From positions 3,410,001 through 3,474,000 of the forward strand of contig CP089274.1 of assembly GCA_023920165.1 (NCBI GenBank): a stretch of 64,000 nt of DNA. Direction: 5' to 3'. Under the pieces are notes generated by a model, which worked only from the letters and a program-made list of their open reading frames with translations, was not told the origin of the DNA and did not search any database. This DNA is from Curvularia clavata. Taxonomy: Eukaryota. Numbering within the stretch: position 1 is the first letter of the stretch; the number at the start of each line of letters is the position of its first letter. The translations under genes were made by a program, and so were the position numbers. This document shows, in pieces, positions 52,181-64,000 of this stretch.

Positions 52181-53413
52181 CTTGAATAGTACTGTGGCTT
52201 CTGCTTGCTGTCGTGAGCGATGACGAACTTCCAACTTTTTCTCGCTTCCAGATTAAGGTTATCGATAAACCTAGCGTGTGCCTGCACCCCTCGCAGCTCA
52301 GATGTCATCAGTTATATGCGCGTTCATCTAATCCATCTAATCCATATTGTCCGACCTATTCCTGACCAGCAATGACCAGAATCTGACGCCCGTGATTGCA
52401 AATTGCCCAGCTCTCTCACGGAATGCGCATTTGCAGTACGGCCGCCGCTACAGATTACCAAGCGCCGCGTTCATTCCATGTGCAGCTCCGCGTCCGGTGA
52501 CCGGTTATTCAGCGACTGGGACGCTTCACATTATTTCGCAATGAGCTCCATCACAGTGCCTTGGCCCAGTGTGGCCGGATGTTGGGGGCGCCTGCGTGCT
52601 GTTCGATGATGCGCATGGACTCGATTGCCTTGGCGCCCGCCATGGAAAACCTTAGGCAGTCTCCTTACTACCTATGTATAAGCAGCCCTCCACCTGTTGT
52701 CCATTCAAGCTGCGAAATGTATAGCAGCGAGAGTTTGCCTATGGATCTGCATGTTCCGGGCAACTTTCCTCAAGATTTTTACACATGCGAAGGACAACAC
52801 ACATGTCTCTCCGCATTGGCCAAAGACCAGCAAAAGTGCCGTTGGCCAGCAACTAGGAGCTCGAAATAGATTCGCGACTTGCGGCGGGCCGCCGGGCTGG
52901 CCTCTTGTCACCTGCATGTGCTGCCCATACGCAGGGTGGGCACACATCAATGGCCAATCATGGCGGTATACAGGCATTGTAAGATCTCGGGCTAATGTGG
53001 TAGGGGGTGTAGCGAGCAGAAAGCGTTGGCGCTTAGCAGCAACAATCAGCCAACCACCCAAAATATAACCGCCGCTCATCAACTGATGAGTAGCGCCGAG
53101 GCTTACACCCCTCATGATTGGACTGGTTTGACAACCACCTCGCGGTATGGGGTGGTTTCCTGCATGGGAAATGTCTGTCTACCGCTATTGCCCTTGATGC
53201 ATCCCTACGGCCTTTGTGCTCGCTACAAGGCCACTGCTGCATGGCTCGTCTTATAGTAGTCGTTGTCCCCAGATTACCCGAGACGTATGGTCGTACTCCG
53301 CCTGTGACGAGCCTTTGTCCGTTTCCTTACCCAGCCAACATCTGTTTCGTTTGGTCTCGTCAGTTATTTCAGGCGACCTTGTTTGTTAAAAAGCAGAGTG
53401 CTGGACATTCATC

Positions 53414-55657
53414 ATGGCAGGGCCAGCATTTCAACTATTCCCTCCACCTCGTGCTCCCAGACAACCGAGCCCAAACAACAAACCATCTCCTACCACAAAG
53501 AGTTCTACTCTTGAACCTTCAGCAATGGATGGTCCACAAACAACAAAGCCTCCGCGCGATTTCCACGAACTTATCGTACAGGTCGACGCGGCGCCAGTAT
53601 CTCTATCCACTCCCATACCGCCTCCACCAGCCATTGCAGCTCCACCTCAGGCACACCTATCGAACTCTCAAGCCACAAGGGCACCTGCATCTACCGCGCA
53701 ACGAAGAACCCCGTCACTGCAGCTAGACAGGCAAGAAAGTTTCTATCGCCAACCGGACCTCAATGCTGTTTCGCCAGTATCGTCCCCGCAAAATGGCCAC
53801 GGTAACGATGGTCAATATACAGCCAGCCCGGAGCTGAACCGTTCTGTGTCTCCTGCATTCTCAGAGGCTCAAACTCTCGTGCGAGCGAATAGCTCTGCTA
53901 CTAGAGTACGAAGCGCGTCCCCTCAAGAAGACATACCAATGCGATCAATGTTCCCGGTGTATGACCCCACTGTCCCTCTCTCCCGACAACCATACCAGCC
54001 CACACAAGCATCGCCAACTCAGATCCCACGCACGCAAATCAGTCGGTCGCCATATTCAGAAACATATGTTCCACACAGCAATGTCCGTACAAGCAATTTG
54101 GCAGCTCCCCCACCACCGAAACCATTCTTCACTCCGTCGAACCTACTGGATAATATGTGGTTAGCAACCAATGGTCAAGAGGACCCTAGTGTGCAGATAT
54201 ACACGTTGAGGATGCATCGAGCAACCCCCGCAAACCCGACCATCACGTTCGGAACAACTCCATCTCTCCCATTCTACTCAATGGCACAGTCAAACTTTGC
54301 CGGTAGCCACGAAATACCTAGTATCATGAATGAGCTTTTGATTCAAAGGCACCACCCAACACAGCCCCGAGTACTACCCATCGCTCAGCTCGATCTGATT
54401 GCACCCCCTTCGATGGATAACGGAACATTCAATCCTGCTCAGCAAGAAGAGACGACTTTCCTTACTAGCATATACCCCAAGCTCGCTGCTCTCCAGGCCC
54501 TTGATGCTGCGGCTAATTCCCCCTCCGCTTCTCACCTTGCATTGGCTGATCCTGGGGCTCAATCGCCCGCTGCGCAACGATTGGCCGAGGATGTCCTAGC
54601 AAATACTGCCCAGCGTGAATGTTGCATTCTTGCATGGACGAAAGATAATCCACAACAGCAGGCAAATCCCTGGGCTCAGCACATGCCATCAGAGGGCTCA
54701 TATCAGCTGCACCATCCTATGCTTGGCAATTTTCCCATATCCATCGAAGGCGATTGCTCTGTCATCAACATGCCGTCAACTAGACCTGTGACAGCTTTCT
54801 ACGGCCACAACATGCCCATGACCCCACAAAACATAAACGGAAAACCTGCTTGTATCACAGTTCTGAACCCATATGTTTTATCTCCAACAACACCACGAAC
54901 CAATGCTTTCTCACCACTACCGCCCCCACCACGGATCGACAGTATAAACCGTCCAACCTCTATGACACCATCTGAAATGTCTGTTGGCCAGCTTCCTACA
55001 ACCACCGATGCCACGGCAGATGACGCTATGCTGGCTCGTCTTGATTTCACCAATGACGCTCTCATCCTCAACTATGGTGCGCTAACACGATTTGGAAACC
55101 CTTTTCTTGTCGATGTCGTAACATCCTCACTCCTTGCCGTTGCCGTTGCAGAAGCAACTCGCGGTCGTAAAGTCCGGAACAGGAGCCAGGATAGTTTCGA
55201 GCCGCCGCCTCCAAGCTTCACACTCACTCATCAAAAGGAAGATACGGCGAAAGCATTCAAAGACTCTTTCATCGAGGGGTTCCAGGGTGTTGGAGGGGGC
55301 AAAGCGAAATCTCCTCTTTCTAGCAAAGGAATCAAGAAATTCGCATCCAGCTTGAAGAGCACAACTACAGTGGCAACGAGAAGCGATAGCGCGAATGGAA
55401 GTTTCGACAAAGATATAGAGCTTGGAGAGTGGTATGGACAGGATAAGCATACCAAGGCAAAAGAAACAAAAGCAGACAAGAAAGCAAAGAAAGGAAAGGC
55501 TTCAAAGGATGACGACAGTAATCTGCCCTTCTTGGCGAGAGCTGTCATCACTGTCTTGACATTCGCTTTCAAGTCTGTAATTTTTGTGCTGAAGATTGCG
55601 ATCAAAGTTATCGCCGGTGTGGTGGTTATGATTACAAGAAACTTCAGCAAGTTGTGA
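53414..55657 (+). CDS. Conserved-looking fungal hypothetical protein, proline-rich N-terminus and hydrophobic C-terminal helix
   Basis: Uninterrupted 747-aa ORF with a globular-looking core (LWLATNGQ-like, ELLIQRHHP, IYPKLAAL, DVVTSSLLAVAVAE) and a C-terminal hydrophobic segment. Confidence 0.75.
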   Translation: MAGPAFQLFPPPRAPRQPSPNNKPSPTTKSSTLEPSAMDGPQTTKPPRDFHELIVQVDAAPVSLSTPIPPPPAIAAPPQAHLSNSQATRAPASTAQRRTPSLQLDRQESFYRQPDLNAVSPVSSPQNGHGNDGQYTASPELNRSVSPAFSEAQTLVRANSSATRVRSASPQEDIPMRSMFPVYDPTVPLSRQPYQPTQASPTQIPRTQISRSPYSETYVPHSNVRTSNLAAPPPPKPFFTPSNLLDNMWLATNGQEDPSVQIYTLRMHRATPANPTITFGTTPSLPFYSMAQSNFAGSHEIPSIMNELLIQRHHPTQPRVLPIAQLDLIAPPSMDNGTFNPAQQEETTFLTSIYPKLAALQALDAAANSPSASHLALADPGAQSPAAQRLAEDVLANTAQRECCILAWTKDNPQQQANPWAQHMPSEGSYQLHHPMLGNFPISIEGDCSVINMPSTRPVTAFYGHNMPMTPQNINGKPACITVLNPYVLSPTTPRTNAFSPLPPPPRIDSINRPTSMTPSEMSVGQLPTTTDATADDAMLARLDFTNDALILNYGALTRFGNPFLVDVVTSSLLAVAVAEATRGRKVRNRSQDSFEPPPPSFTLTHQKEDTAKAFKDSFIEGFQGVGGGKAKSPLSSKGIKKFASSLKSTTTVATRSDSANGSFDKDIELGEWYGQDKHTKAKETKADKKAKKGKASKDDDSNLPFLARAVITVLTFAFKSVIFVLKIAIKVIAGVVVMITRNFSKL

Positions 55658-56049
55658 AACTGCATTGATTGTGTAAGGAAAGGATTGGTTCTTTCCCCGT
55701 CACGGTTTGGAAAGGTTTCGGCGTTTACCATTGTTCTGCATGATACCATTCTTTTCGTTCGCTTCTTCTATTCTTCCGATACTAGCATTTTTTCTTATAA
55801 CTTTCAACCCCAGGCTGGTACTAGTAATTACCAGGGTATTCTAATTCCCTGAATTCTTATAACCGTTCCTCAAACCATTACTCTCGCTTTCTCCTGCATC
55901 TTATTTGAAACTAGGGGAATCTCAGATGGACATATGTAGCAAGTTGCTAAGCAGAGCACCATCTATATCAGTCGATAGCGAACAAAGCCCCTTTGCATTT
56001 CTCAACGCTCACAAACTTTACAAAGCCAATATTGTCTCGATAGCGGTGC

Positions 56050-56574
56050 TCAATTCGTCCTGGTTGCGCCCACGGTTTTAGTTACTTTCACAGTCGTGGT
56101 CACTTCCACGGTCCTAGTTACTTCCACTGTCCTTGTCGGTTCCTCTCTCCATTCTTCCTGCTCTCCTCCCCCCTTATCAAACTCCATCTCTTGATCTCCT
56201 CTCTTTCGCCTCGGCCCCGCTTCTCCCCAATCCCACACAGCCGTCAGGCTCATTAGATGCAGGTGCACCCACTGAATCCTATCTACAGTCCCGGCGATCG
56301 GAATATGTCGTGCTGGAGGGATAGGATCAGGAACAATGCTATCCAGAACTTCTAGTATACGATGGATACGCCTTCTTGCACATTTGTTGATGTATGGATG
56401 GGGATGGCAGTGCGGCATAGGTTTCAAGTCCCATGGCCCAGGTAAGTTAATGATCAGAAATTTTCCTCCGGGTTTTGGCGTAGGGGTTGGGCCGAAAGTG
56501 ATAGGGATTGGGTTGACGGCGAGAATGGGGTTGAGGATGCTGGCGATGATGAGGACAGTTTGGAGGAAGAGCAT
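56050..56574 (-). CDS. Putative small secreted protein
   Basis: MLFLQTVLIIASILNPILA resembles a signal peptide. The C-terminus has TRTVEV-TRTVEV-TTTVKV repeats. Confidence 0.5.
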   Translation of the reverse strand: MLFLQTVLIIASILNPILAVNPIPITFGPTPTPKPGGKFLIINLPGPWDLKPMPHCHPHPYINKCARRRIHRILEVLDSIVPDPIPPARHIPIAGTVDRIQWVHLHLMSLTAVWDWGEAGPRRKRGDQEMEFDKGGGEQEEWREEPTRTVEVTRTVEVTTTVKVTKTVGATRTN

Positions 56575-57154
56575 TGTGGTTTGAATGATTGTGCTGGGGT
56601 TTGTGAAAAGGGGTGAGCCTGCAGTACCCTGGTGCTTTGCCAAGCTGTTTCTATGCGGTGGTGGTGAAGGGGTCCGAAGGGGTGTCCTTATTTCTCATGT
56701 GAATGAGGTTTAATACTGCATAAAAGAATGGGTTTTGGGTATCGTATATGCAAAAGGTCATGGTGGGCTCGGATGCCTAAAAGGAGAAGTGATGATGTAT
56801 ATTACACATGGCAAACTACTGCACGGGACAGACAGTGGACATGGTTCAGCCTCAACACATGGGACTTCTACCCAGTATAAGGCTTTAGATTATAAATTGA
56901 AATGCTCCAACATCAATCATGGAGGAAAATGTTTCTTAATGACTGTACTTCAGATGGTCTTCGTTTTTGAGCCACTGTCATTTGCCATAGAGGAAGCCGT
57001 TGAAGTGAATATCATATGCGCGAGCCCTAAGCTCGATTGAACTGGTAATGAACAAGAACATCATACCAGCGGAGCTTCGCAAGCTGTATCCAGTTGTGCG
57101 ATATTACTGATAAAGAATTAGACATAAAGTTCAAGTATATGGGTGAACCAGAAC

Positions 57155-58117
57155 TTACCCGTACTCCTGCGTGAGTGCTACTGTCATGTACTCATCCTTC
57201 TCCTTCTGGCCTACTAAGTCCTGTATGATTTCATCCGCATTGCGAAGCGCGAAGCTGAAGTGACCCTCTCCTTCCTTCAGATACAGTACACAGCCCGGCA
57301 AAAGGTTCCTTGCTTGTTCCACCATCGCTACCGGAGAATTTCTATCATCTGTACCATGCCATAACGCCAACGGAACTTCGCCTTGTCCAACACGTACGTG
57401 CGCAAGCTCGAAGCCCCATTCGCTACCGTTCAGCTTCGCTTCCCAGCCTACGCCCTCGCTACCATTGCGGAAAGACTCTTTCGTCATTGCCACAAAGGTT
57501 GGCCAGACATTAGGGCTTTTGAGAACTTTCTGGTCGCCTGAGTGCCAAGTGTCTACTTCTTTGGATAAGACTTCCTCGAAACCTGTGACGTCCTCGCCTC
57601 GACTCAGCTTGCCCATCTTGTTTTCAAACAGCGTAGTTGCAATGTTTGTCATCCATGGCGCTATCCACAGGGCGATGCGAGATGGTAATATCATGCCTGA
57701 TGTTCCCAGCTTGACCGGATACAGACCGCTCACTATGCTTACGCCCAAGAGCCTCTTTTTTCCAATCTCTTTTATGCATGCTAACGCGTACGACGCACCT
57801 TCCGCCGCAGCTAGTATATAGAACTGATGTATCTTGAGGTGCTCGGTCAGAGCAAGTATGTCTCTAGGAAGGTCGAGTATGCGACGGTTGTGCTGAAAGG
57901 TGGAGAGGCCGCTACCTGGCCTATCAGGCGCAACAAGCCTGATGTTGTGCGTCGCACAGCCCGAGTGCCATAGCTTGCCTTCGTAGCGTGAGGATGGGTA
58001 GCCGTGTAAATAGATAATAGTTTTCTGTGGGACCGGGCTTCCGTAGATTGCGTAGGAGAGCTTGCGACCGTCCTTCAGCTTCAAGCACGCATTTTCCTGC
58101 TGCATCGTGAGCTTCAT
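57155..58117 (-). CDS. Alpha/beta hydrolase fold protein (nucleophile serine apparently lost)
   Basis: LKDGRKLSYAIYG, YLHGYPSSRYEG, APDRPGSGLS, LWHGTDD and GEGHFS motifs. Confidence 0.85.
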   Translation of the reverse strand: MKLTMQQENACLKLKDGRKLSYAIYGSPVPQKTIIYLHGYPSSRYEGKLWHSGCATHNIRLVAPDRPGSGLSTFQHNRRILDLPRDILALTEHLKIHQFYILAAAEGASYALACIKEIGKKRLLGVSIVSGLYPVKLGTSGMILPSRIALWIAPWMTNIATTLFENKMGKLSRGEDVTGFEEVLSKEVDTWHSGDQKVLKSPNVWPTFVAMTKESFRNGSEGVGWEAKLNGSEWGFELAHVRVGQGEVPLALWHGTDDRNSPVAMVEQARNLLPGCVLYLKEGEGHFSFALRNADEIIQDLVGQKEKDEYMTVALTQEYG

Positions 58118-59338
58118 AGTAAGAGGTGTATACAGAGCTTACCTAGATATTGCCTGGAGTAGCACAGGCTTTACGAATAATTTAGGGGTCCGTGAGACGG
58201 TGCCGCCTCATGCAGGGACACCAGGTGACGCATTTTTGAGAATCGTCTGCTTCTATGCAGGATCGACGATACGCCCAGTTGCGTAGAGCGGGGAAGCATA
58301 TCAACTGGGGGTGGGATTGCTCGCCGCGCATAGAAATGCGCTACGGCTGTGACAGGAAAGATCTTCACGCATATAGTTGGCTAGTTCTTACTTCACACGC
58401 ATATCCAGACTCACGGTGTCGAGATTGGGATGGTCTTACATGAGACATCCACCTGCATTCTGAGGTGGTGAAAATCCCGCAAATCCTACGTGCGGGCATC
58501 GAGACTACCTTGGCTTAAGACGATTTACGCTGTATTAACCGCCTTGAAATGACTCGTTATCGAAATCGCGCAGTCTAGTCGCCTTCGTATCCGGTCGTAT
58601 ATAAGAACTCTGTTGGTTCGCCTCTGGAAATACTAGCTTGCTCTGATGTCCTAAATTTTGTTTAGAAGGATCTTCCGCTGGGCAGTCCCCATATTTCACA
58701 TGTATATGACATCATTCGATTATTTATACAAGCTAGAGAACTCAGTGTCGCAGTAGTTGTAACCAAATGTGGATCCATGCCGCTTTTAGTAGAGCTGACA
58801 TGTGATCTTCTGTTCAAGACTCATGCTTCGCTCTTGTCTATGCAAGCCCTGTATTCTTATCTATATCACCAAAATTATTATCCGAGTTTGATTCTTAATG
58901 ATACTAATATTGGTCACTGTTATTGCAGCTGTCCCCTTTCTACCAGAATATATCCTTCTAGAGTATGTATAACTAGCACTTTTTTTGTATCAGACCAGCA
59001 CCCAAATCCCGACTGGTTCTGCCATCGCCCACACAATCGCAGGTATATAGTATCCCAGTAAAAGGTTCGGACCACTTATTTGGACTGATGATGTAGAAAA
59101 CGCCAACGCTGCCGATGTCTTAAAGCCAGGGTAGGTGTGGGTTCGTGCCACAGAGGGGATCTAGGCTTTACTGCTCTATCTCGGTCCGCGATAAGACATA
59201 GGATCTTAACGTTGAGCCACAAAATGAGCCTCTAGTGAATTTGTGTAGCAATTTCTCAATTCTGTATAAGTATATGCGCTGTCGACTAAATGTAAGCTGG
59301 AGCCGCATGTATCGGTCCGTTTCCTAACAACCGCTTCC

Positions 59339-59975
59339 TCAAAGCTTCCTCAACAACGCCTTTATGAACCCTTCCTCCTTCGCCTTTTCCCTCGGAAACA
59401 CTCTTCCATTCTGCGTATACTCTCTGAACTCCTTGTGATTCTTAAACCGAATGACCCGAACCCCTATATTCCTGTGGTCGATCAGATTGACCAGGTTGAC
59501 CCAAACGTCTTTGCTGCCGAGAGCCTACACATGACGTTAAGGACAGTTTACGCGAACCCAGTAAATTCTTTACTTACATTCTTGCACTTTCGGATACTAT
59601 CCGGCGGTTCGGGAATAAGCACCTCGCGACACAGGTTCTGCCACGATTCCAACGTCGTCGTGTCGGTTCCATACGCGTGGTCAAACTCTTCCATTTGGCA
59701 CTGAGTCCATCGCTTTCGTTTGAGATCTTTACCCCAGTTGCGACTGGTAGCTAAGCGGTCAAAATTACTCTTCAGACCAGCCTTGGGGTCGTAGACGAAA
59801 GGTGGAAAATTCAGGAACCAGCTACCAGCCTTGGACGCTTGCGTATTCTGTACGTCTTTAGAGACGGCGGGTACCCTATTGGTGGCAGGAGGATCTTGAA
59901 CGATTATTTAGGAGCTTGGAGGATAAACTTTAAGGTGAGGTACTTACGAGCGGAGTCGTTACGGCGACGAGGCAT
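59339..59975 (-). CDS. Hypothetical fungal protein (3 exons), paralog of the neighbouring gene; absent from the ORF track
   Basis: Manual splicing gives MPRRRNDSA|..WFLNFPPFVYDPKAGLKSNFDRLATSRNWGKDLKRKRW...LESWQNLCREVLIPEPPDSIRKCKN|ALGSKDVWVNLVNLIDHR...FPREKAKEEGFIKALLRKL*. Confidence 0.75.
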
Positions 59976-60755
59976 TTTGGAGTGCTTTCGTTACACTATC
60001 TTTATGTGTAGAGATAGGGACACCCAGTGAATGAACGAAAAGAAGGGTGATAGGGTACATAAACTCTACTCAGCCTTGGTGTCGATGCAGCGATATGGGA
60101 TAACAAACAACTCTACCCTTGACGATATGGAGGTTAGATTGCAAACATGGCAGCAGCAACAAACTATATCTATGAAAGCCGTTTGCTTCATTGCAGCCTA
60201 TTGCTATTTGCTCGCGAGGCTGAGGCACTAATAAGCACAATTAATCGCACTCCAATGAGGCCTGGACACATTGGGCGCTTAATGCGCAGTGGTATCACTG
60301 TGCCGCATCCATGCATGTGTGACATACGTAGGCAATGAAGCTATTGGATGAGGCTGAGTCGGGCTGATAGCTGAGCCATGAGGACGCGCCGTCCCGCACG
60401 CCACTCTGGGTACGGGCTGATCACAGCCTTTGGACGTAACGACTGATGCAAGCTCCAGTTTTAGCGATCAAATTTGCGTGAATGGGTACCCGTTTTCAGG
60501 AAGATTAGTAGCAAGATATCGTTTCTCGCCCGTTGAAGACAACGCATGAGTATTGTTATTGAGCTGGACCCAGGCTGGCACTAGGGAGGAATGCATTGTT
60601 GCTCCTCCCACTAGGTGTACGTATTCCACTGGTCCAACTCCGCGTCCACTGGTAGAGCGCTATGGAAATCGTAGCGTACGTGGCTATGAGCCTCCATTAT
60701 CTACATTGAAAGCTGCATACCCTAAACTCCTACCAGACCATGATCATTATAGCAC

Positions 60756-61788
60756 CTACAGCGTACGAAGTAGTGAACTGAAGCATCGGCCACCTGCCTT
60801 GGCAGCCTCTCTTGGAAAGGGACCACTTTCGTGTATGCTCTTCCGCAGTTTGTCAAAAGACTTGTACTGAACAATCTTGGTTTCTGGGTTTCTCTTGTTA
60901 TCGATCAAGCTGTAGAGGTTGACCTTTCGGGATCCCAGAGCCTTGTTGTCGTCAGCAGTCTCTTTACACCTGGTTGTATATGTAAACATACCTTCTTACA
61001 CTGCTTGACCGAACTAGGGATGAGGCTAAGACCCAGATCACGGCACATTTCCTGATACTGCTCGAGCTTGTCTTCGTCCGCACCCCAGTAGAAAGCGACT
61101 TCTGAGCTGAGTAAAGAGATAAATTGCTGCTGCTTCACCCGCTTACTCCAGCCTTTGATCTGAGCAAGGCGTTCAAACTCAGATCTGAACGGGGCGGTTG
61201 GCGAGTGCACAAAGTTGGTGAACTCTGCCCAGGTGGGATTACTGCCGATTTTGTCGTCGGAACTGTTCAGTGAAAGCTCTCTGACCATCTCAATCACTTC
61301 CTTCAGCTCTGCCGTCTTGACGCCCCGTACACCCGCGTCTGCACAAGAAGAGTCTTGGCTGTCAAGTGACCTCACACTGTGGAGAGAGTTCGCCCCTGAA
61401 GCGCGCGAGATGAAAGAGTAGGATGATGCATCGGACGTGATTGACAGCCTACGCATAGAGTTTTCGAGAGCAATACCGCCATCCAAATCTTTGGTCGCAT
61501 TCATACTTGTTGATCGAGCTGTGTTATTAGTCAGTATATACTCCATACACTACACTGGATGGCCTCGCCTAGACGTCTCAAGGGAGCCGACATACTGTGC
61601 AATCCATATGCATATTTCTCTTTAAAACACTCCTCCCAACGTGAGCACCAAGTTTTACCACCTCCTTCCCACCCTTTGGCTTTGGCCAGTCGCGCGAACT
61701 CGGCTTTCGGAGATTTGGTGGTATCAACCAAGTGGCCAATATCGCGGGCCCAGGCTTGAATCAGTGTAATCTCGGCGTCAGATGCCAT
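60756..61788 (-). CDS. Hypothetical fungal protein (3 exons), same family as 59339-59975
   Basis: MASDAEITLIQAWAR...AEFARLAKAKGW...; WAEFTNFVHSPTAPFRSEFERLAQIKGW...LEQYQEMCRDLGLSLIPSSVKQCKK|ALGSRKVNLYSLID...FPREAAK...SLLRTL*. Confidence 0.75.
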
Positions 61789-62256
61789 CTTCTTTACTCC
61801 TTGAACGAGAGAAAGCTGGTTGATGCCGCAGGATCGTGGTTGGAAGTGCTCAGGGGCGAGGATGTTTAAACCCGGAGAGGGGCGGAAAAAGTAAGGTCTA
61901 ATCAAACGCGCTGTTCATATCTGTGAGGGTGAGCTGGGAATGTGGGGCAGCTTTAATACGCGCTCGCACGTGGTTGTAGGTATAAGTGAGCCTAATGCGG
62001 TTAGCGGCGTCAGCGTGAACTAGGGCTTGTATGCAGGCGATGAAGTGGGTCGCGATATATGGATAAGACGAGAAATCAGTCTATTCAAGTACTCATTTAC
62101 ATTGCTGTGCTATCTAAGTATGCAGATATCATTAGAGAGAAACTGCCTACCACGGACCGATAATAAAGACACCTTCGTAATACATAAGCTGCTAGGCTCA
62201 GACCTATCGTGTTGAGCTACATATCATAGCCATTGCCAAGATGCGCTTTTGATACC

Positions 62257-63100
62257 CTAGTGTGAGTTCCGGGTTAACCGCTTCTTGGGCTGCGCAGACC
62301 TCCGAGTATTACCACGCCTACGCTTCTTGCTGTTTCCCTCTTCTTCCATGCTCCCTAATGAATCTCCAGTTTGTATAGTCTCAAGGGCCTTACGCCGATT
62401 CGTCGCTGCGCGTGTCCGCCCGAGGATGTCAACAGCCACATCGGAGCTTTGTCCATCCCTGGCCGCATTTGCAACGTTGGGAAGAACCTCATGGTCATTC
62501 TCATTGCTTGCTTGTTCGTTCTCCTCTCCATTGTTGCCATCTCCTTCTTCACCAATAATCGCGCCAGACTCAGTATCGGTCACATTGTCGCATGCATTAG
62601 CTGTCGTATCGCAGGTGCCCTCGTTCGCGTCTACATAAATGTTAAACTCAGGTGCAGCGTAATCCCTCGCTGCTGCTGCCTCTTCGGCCTCTTTAAAGGC
62701 ACGTGCCACAGTGCTAGGAAGAGGTATGATCGGAAAGCCCTCTGGTTGCCGGAGCTGTAGCTCGTCCTCGCGGTAGTGAGCCTTAGCAGCACCAAAGTTA
62801 TATCTGGTAAAATAGGGCTCAGACATCTGGAGTTTTCTAATATCGGATGAGTTTGTGAGCGTGCACAATCATATGGATATTTACCTGTCTGAAAACTGAT
62901 CACTGATTGGAACACCAATGTCAGAGAGCGCAGCACCTGAGTCGATTCGAGGCTCCTTGTTCAACACAGCTGATACTCTGGGATGACCAGTCATGGTTTA
63001 GGTCGCGATAATTAAGTTGCCGTGCCTTTTGATGTCGAAATATGTATTGCTGCTGATTCCAGGAGTGAGTGAGGAAAGCGGACTGTACTGGTTTCATTCG
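62257..63100 (-). CDS. Possible hypothetical protein (acidic region plus basic NLS-like C-terminus); 5' end uncertain
   Basis: 203-aa ORF ending KKRRRGNTRRSAQPKKRLTRNSH, with upstream splice-like signals. No family recognised. Confidence 0.4.
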
Positions 63101-64000
63101 CGGCGCACTGGAACACGATTGCGGGGTTTGATGTGGGGTGAAAATGAGTTCATGCGGCTTGAGAGTAAAGAAACAGGTACAAGATTGGTAGATGTACCAG
63201 TGAAACGACAGGGGAACTTTTAGGGCCACCTAGTTTAACGAAGTTCGTTTGCTTCAATTCCCCGTCGGTGAGATCCGATTGTCGACCAATCCTTCCCATG
63301 GTACTTGCAATGGAAAGCGCCGGCCAACACAGGTTTAATGGTGGTGACGAGCGATGAACCTACACGCAAATTGCCGCTCAAAAGGCTGATGCGTTCTGTT
63401 CGGATGAACACAAAAAGATAGGTGCGCGAGACGTACAGCCTCCTTTTGTCGCAATGTATCCTCGCTTCTTATCCAAAAGGGTTTCGGTCCTCCGGGGTTT
63501 GCCGGAAACAAGATCGCGCGCGCCTGTCAGATAGTGTAGAATGCAAAGTGTTTCGCACTCTGTGTGTTAGTTTGTACATAGAGTGGCAAAAGTCACGTTA
63601 GTAGAAGTTGGCGTTGAGGTTTGAGTGCGATGTAGTGTACTTGCGACATCTGTCTCTTGTTTGGATGACGCATTTAGTGCGAAAATCATTGCTCAATACG
63701 GTAAGCTTCTGCGACAAAGCAAGATCCCTCAATCACTCCGTATTTCAAAGTCGAGAAGAATGTGGTAAAAGGAGTATTAACTGCACAACTTCAAAAGAAA
63801 AGCCGAGCGAGTGTATTCGAAAACAAAATAGTGCGGGTATGCGCAACGAAGCGATGATTTCGAACTGGTAGCACTAGCTGGATTGGCATCGTGCTGGTCA
63901 TTCTACCCAAAGTTTTGACCAACTAAATTACAAAAATATAGCACTCAAGCGTGCATATGACTAAACAATACAAGCACCTGCACGGCAGGGCGTCTGTTTC

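Overview
Eukaryotic, intron-rich fungal genomic DNA with GT-AG introns and CTRAC branch points. The gene set and style suggest a filamentous ascomycete, probably Dothideomycetes/Pleosporales (inference). I can support about 20 protein-coding genes: ATG11, a CENP-H-like kinetochore protein, NHP6, SEC11, a PWWP/UIM/BTB-like protein, an F-box/LRR-like protein, RAD9 (9-1-1 clamp), THI20-like ThiD-TenA, DBP2, a C2H2 transcription factor flanked by long non-coding regions, a PPR-like protein, RTF2, a Cid1-family nucleotidyltransferase, TFG1, an MFS transporter, HGH1, an alpha/beta hydrolase and several hypothetical proteins including a tandem paralog pair. The standout is a hidden tRNA-Gly(CCC) gene at 10144-10288 with two introns of different kinds. 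One is an ordinary 17-nt tRNA intron at position 37/38. The other is a 55-nt mRNA-type (spliceosomal) intron, GTAAGT...GCTAAC...AG, inserted in the T-loop. It splits the B-box promoter but itself contains a B-box-like GTTCGAA. Removing both introns gives a complete 73-nt cloverleaf followed by a Pol III T-run. All exon boundaries were read by eye and no database searches were run.
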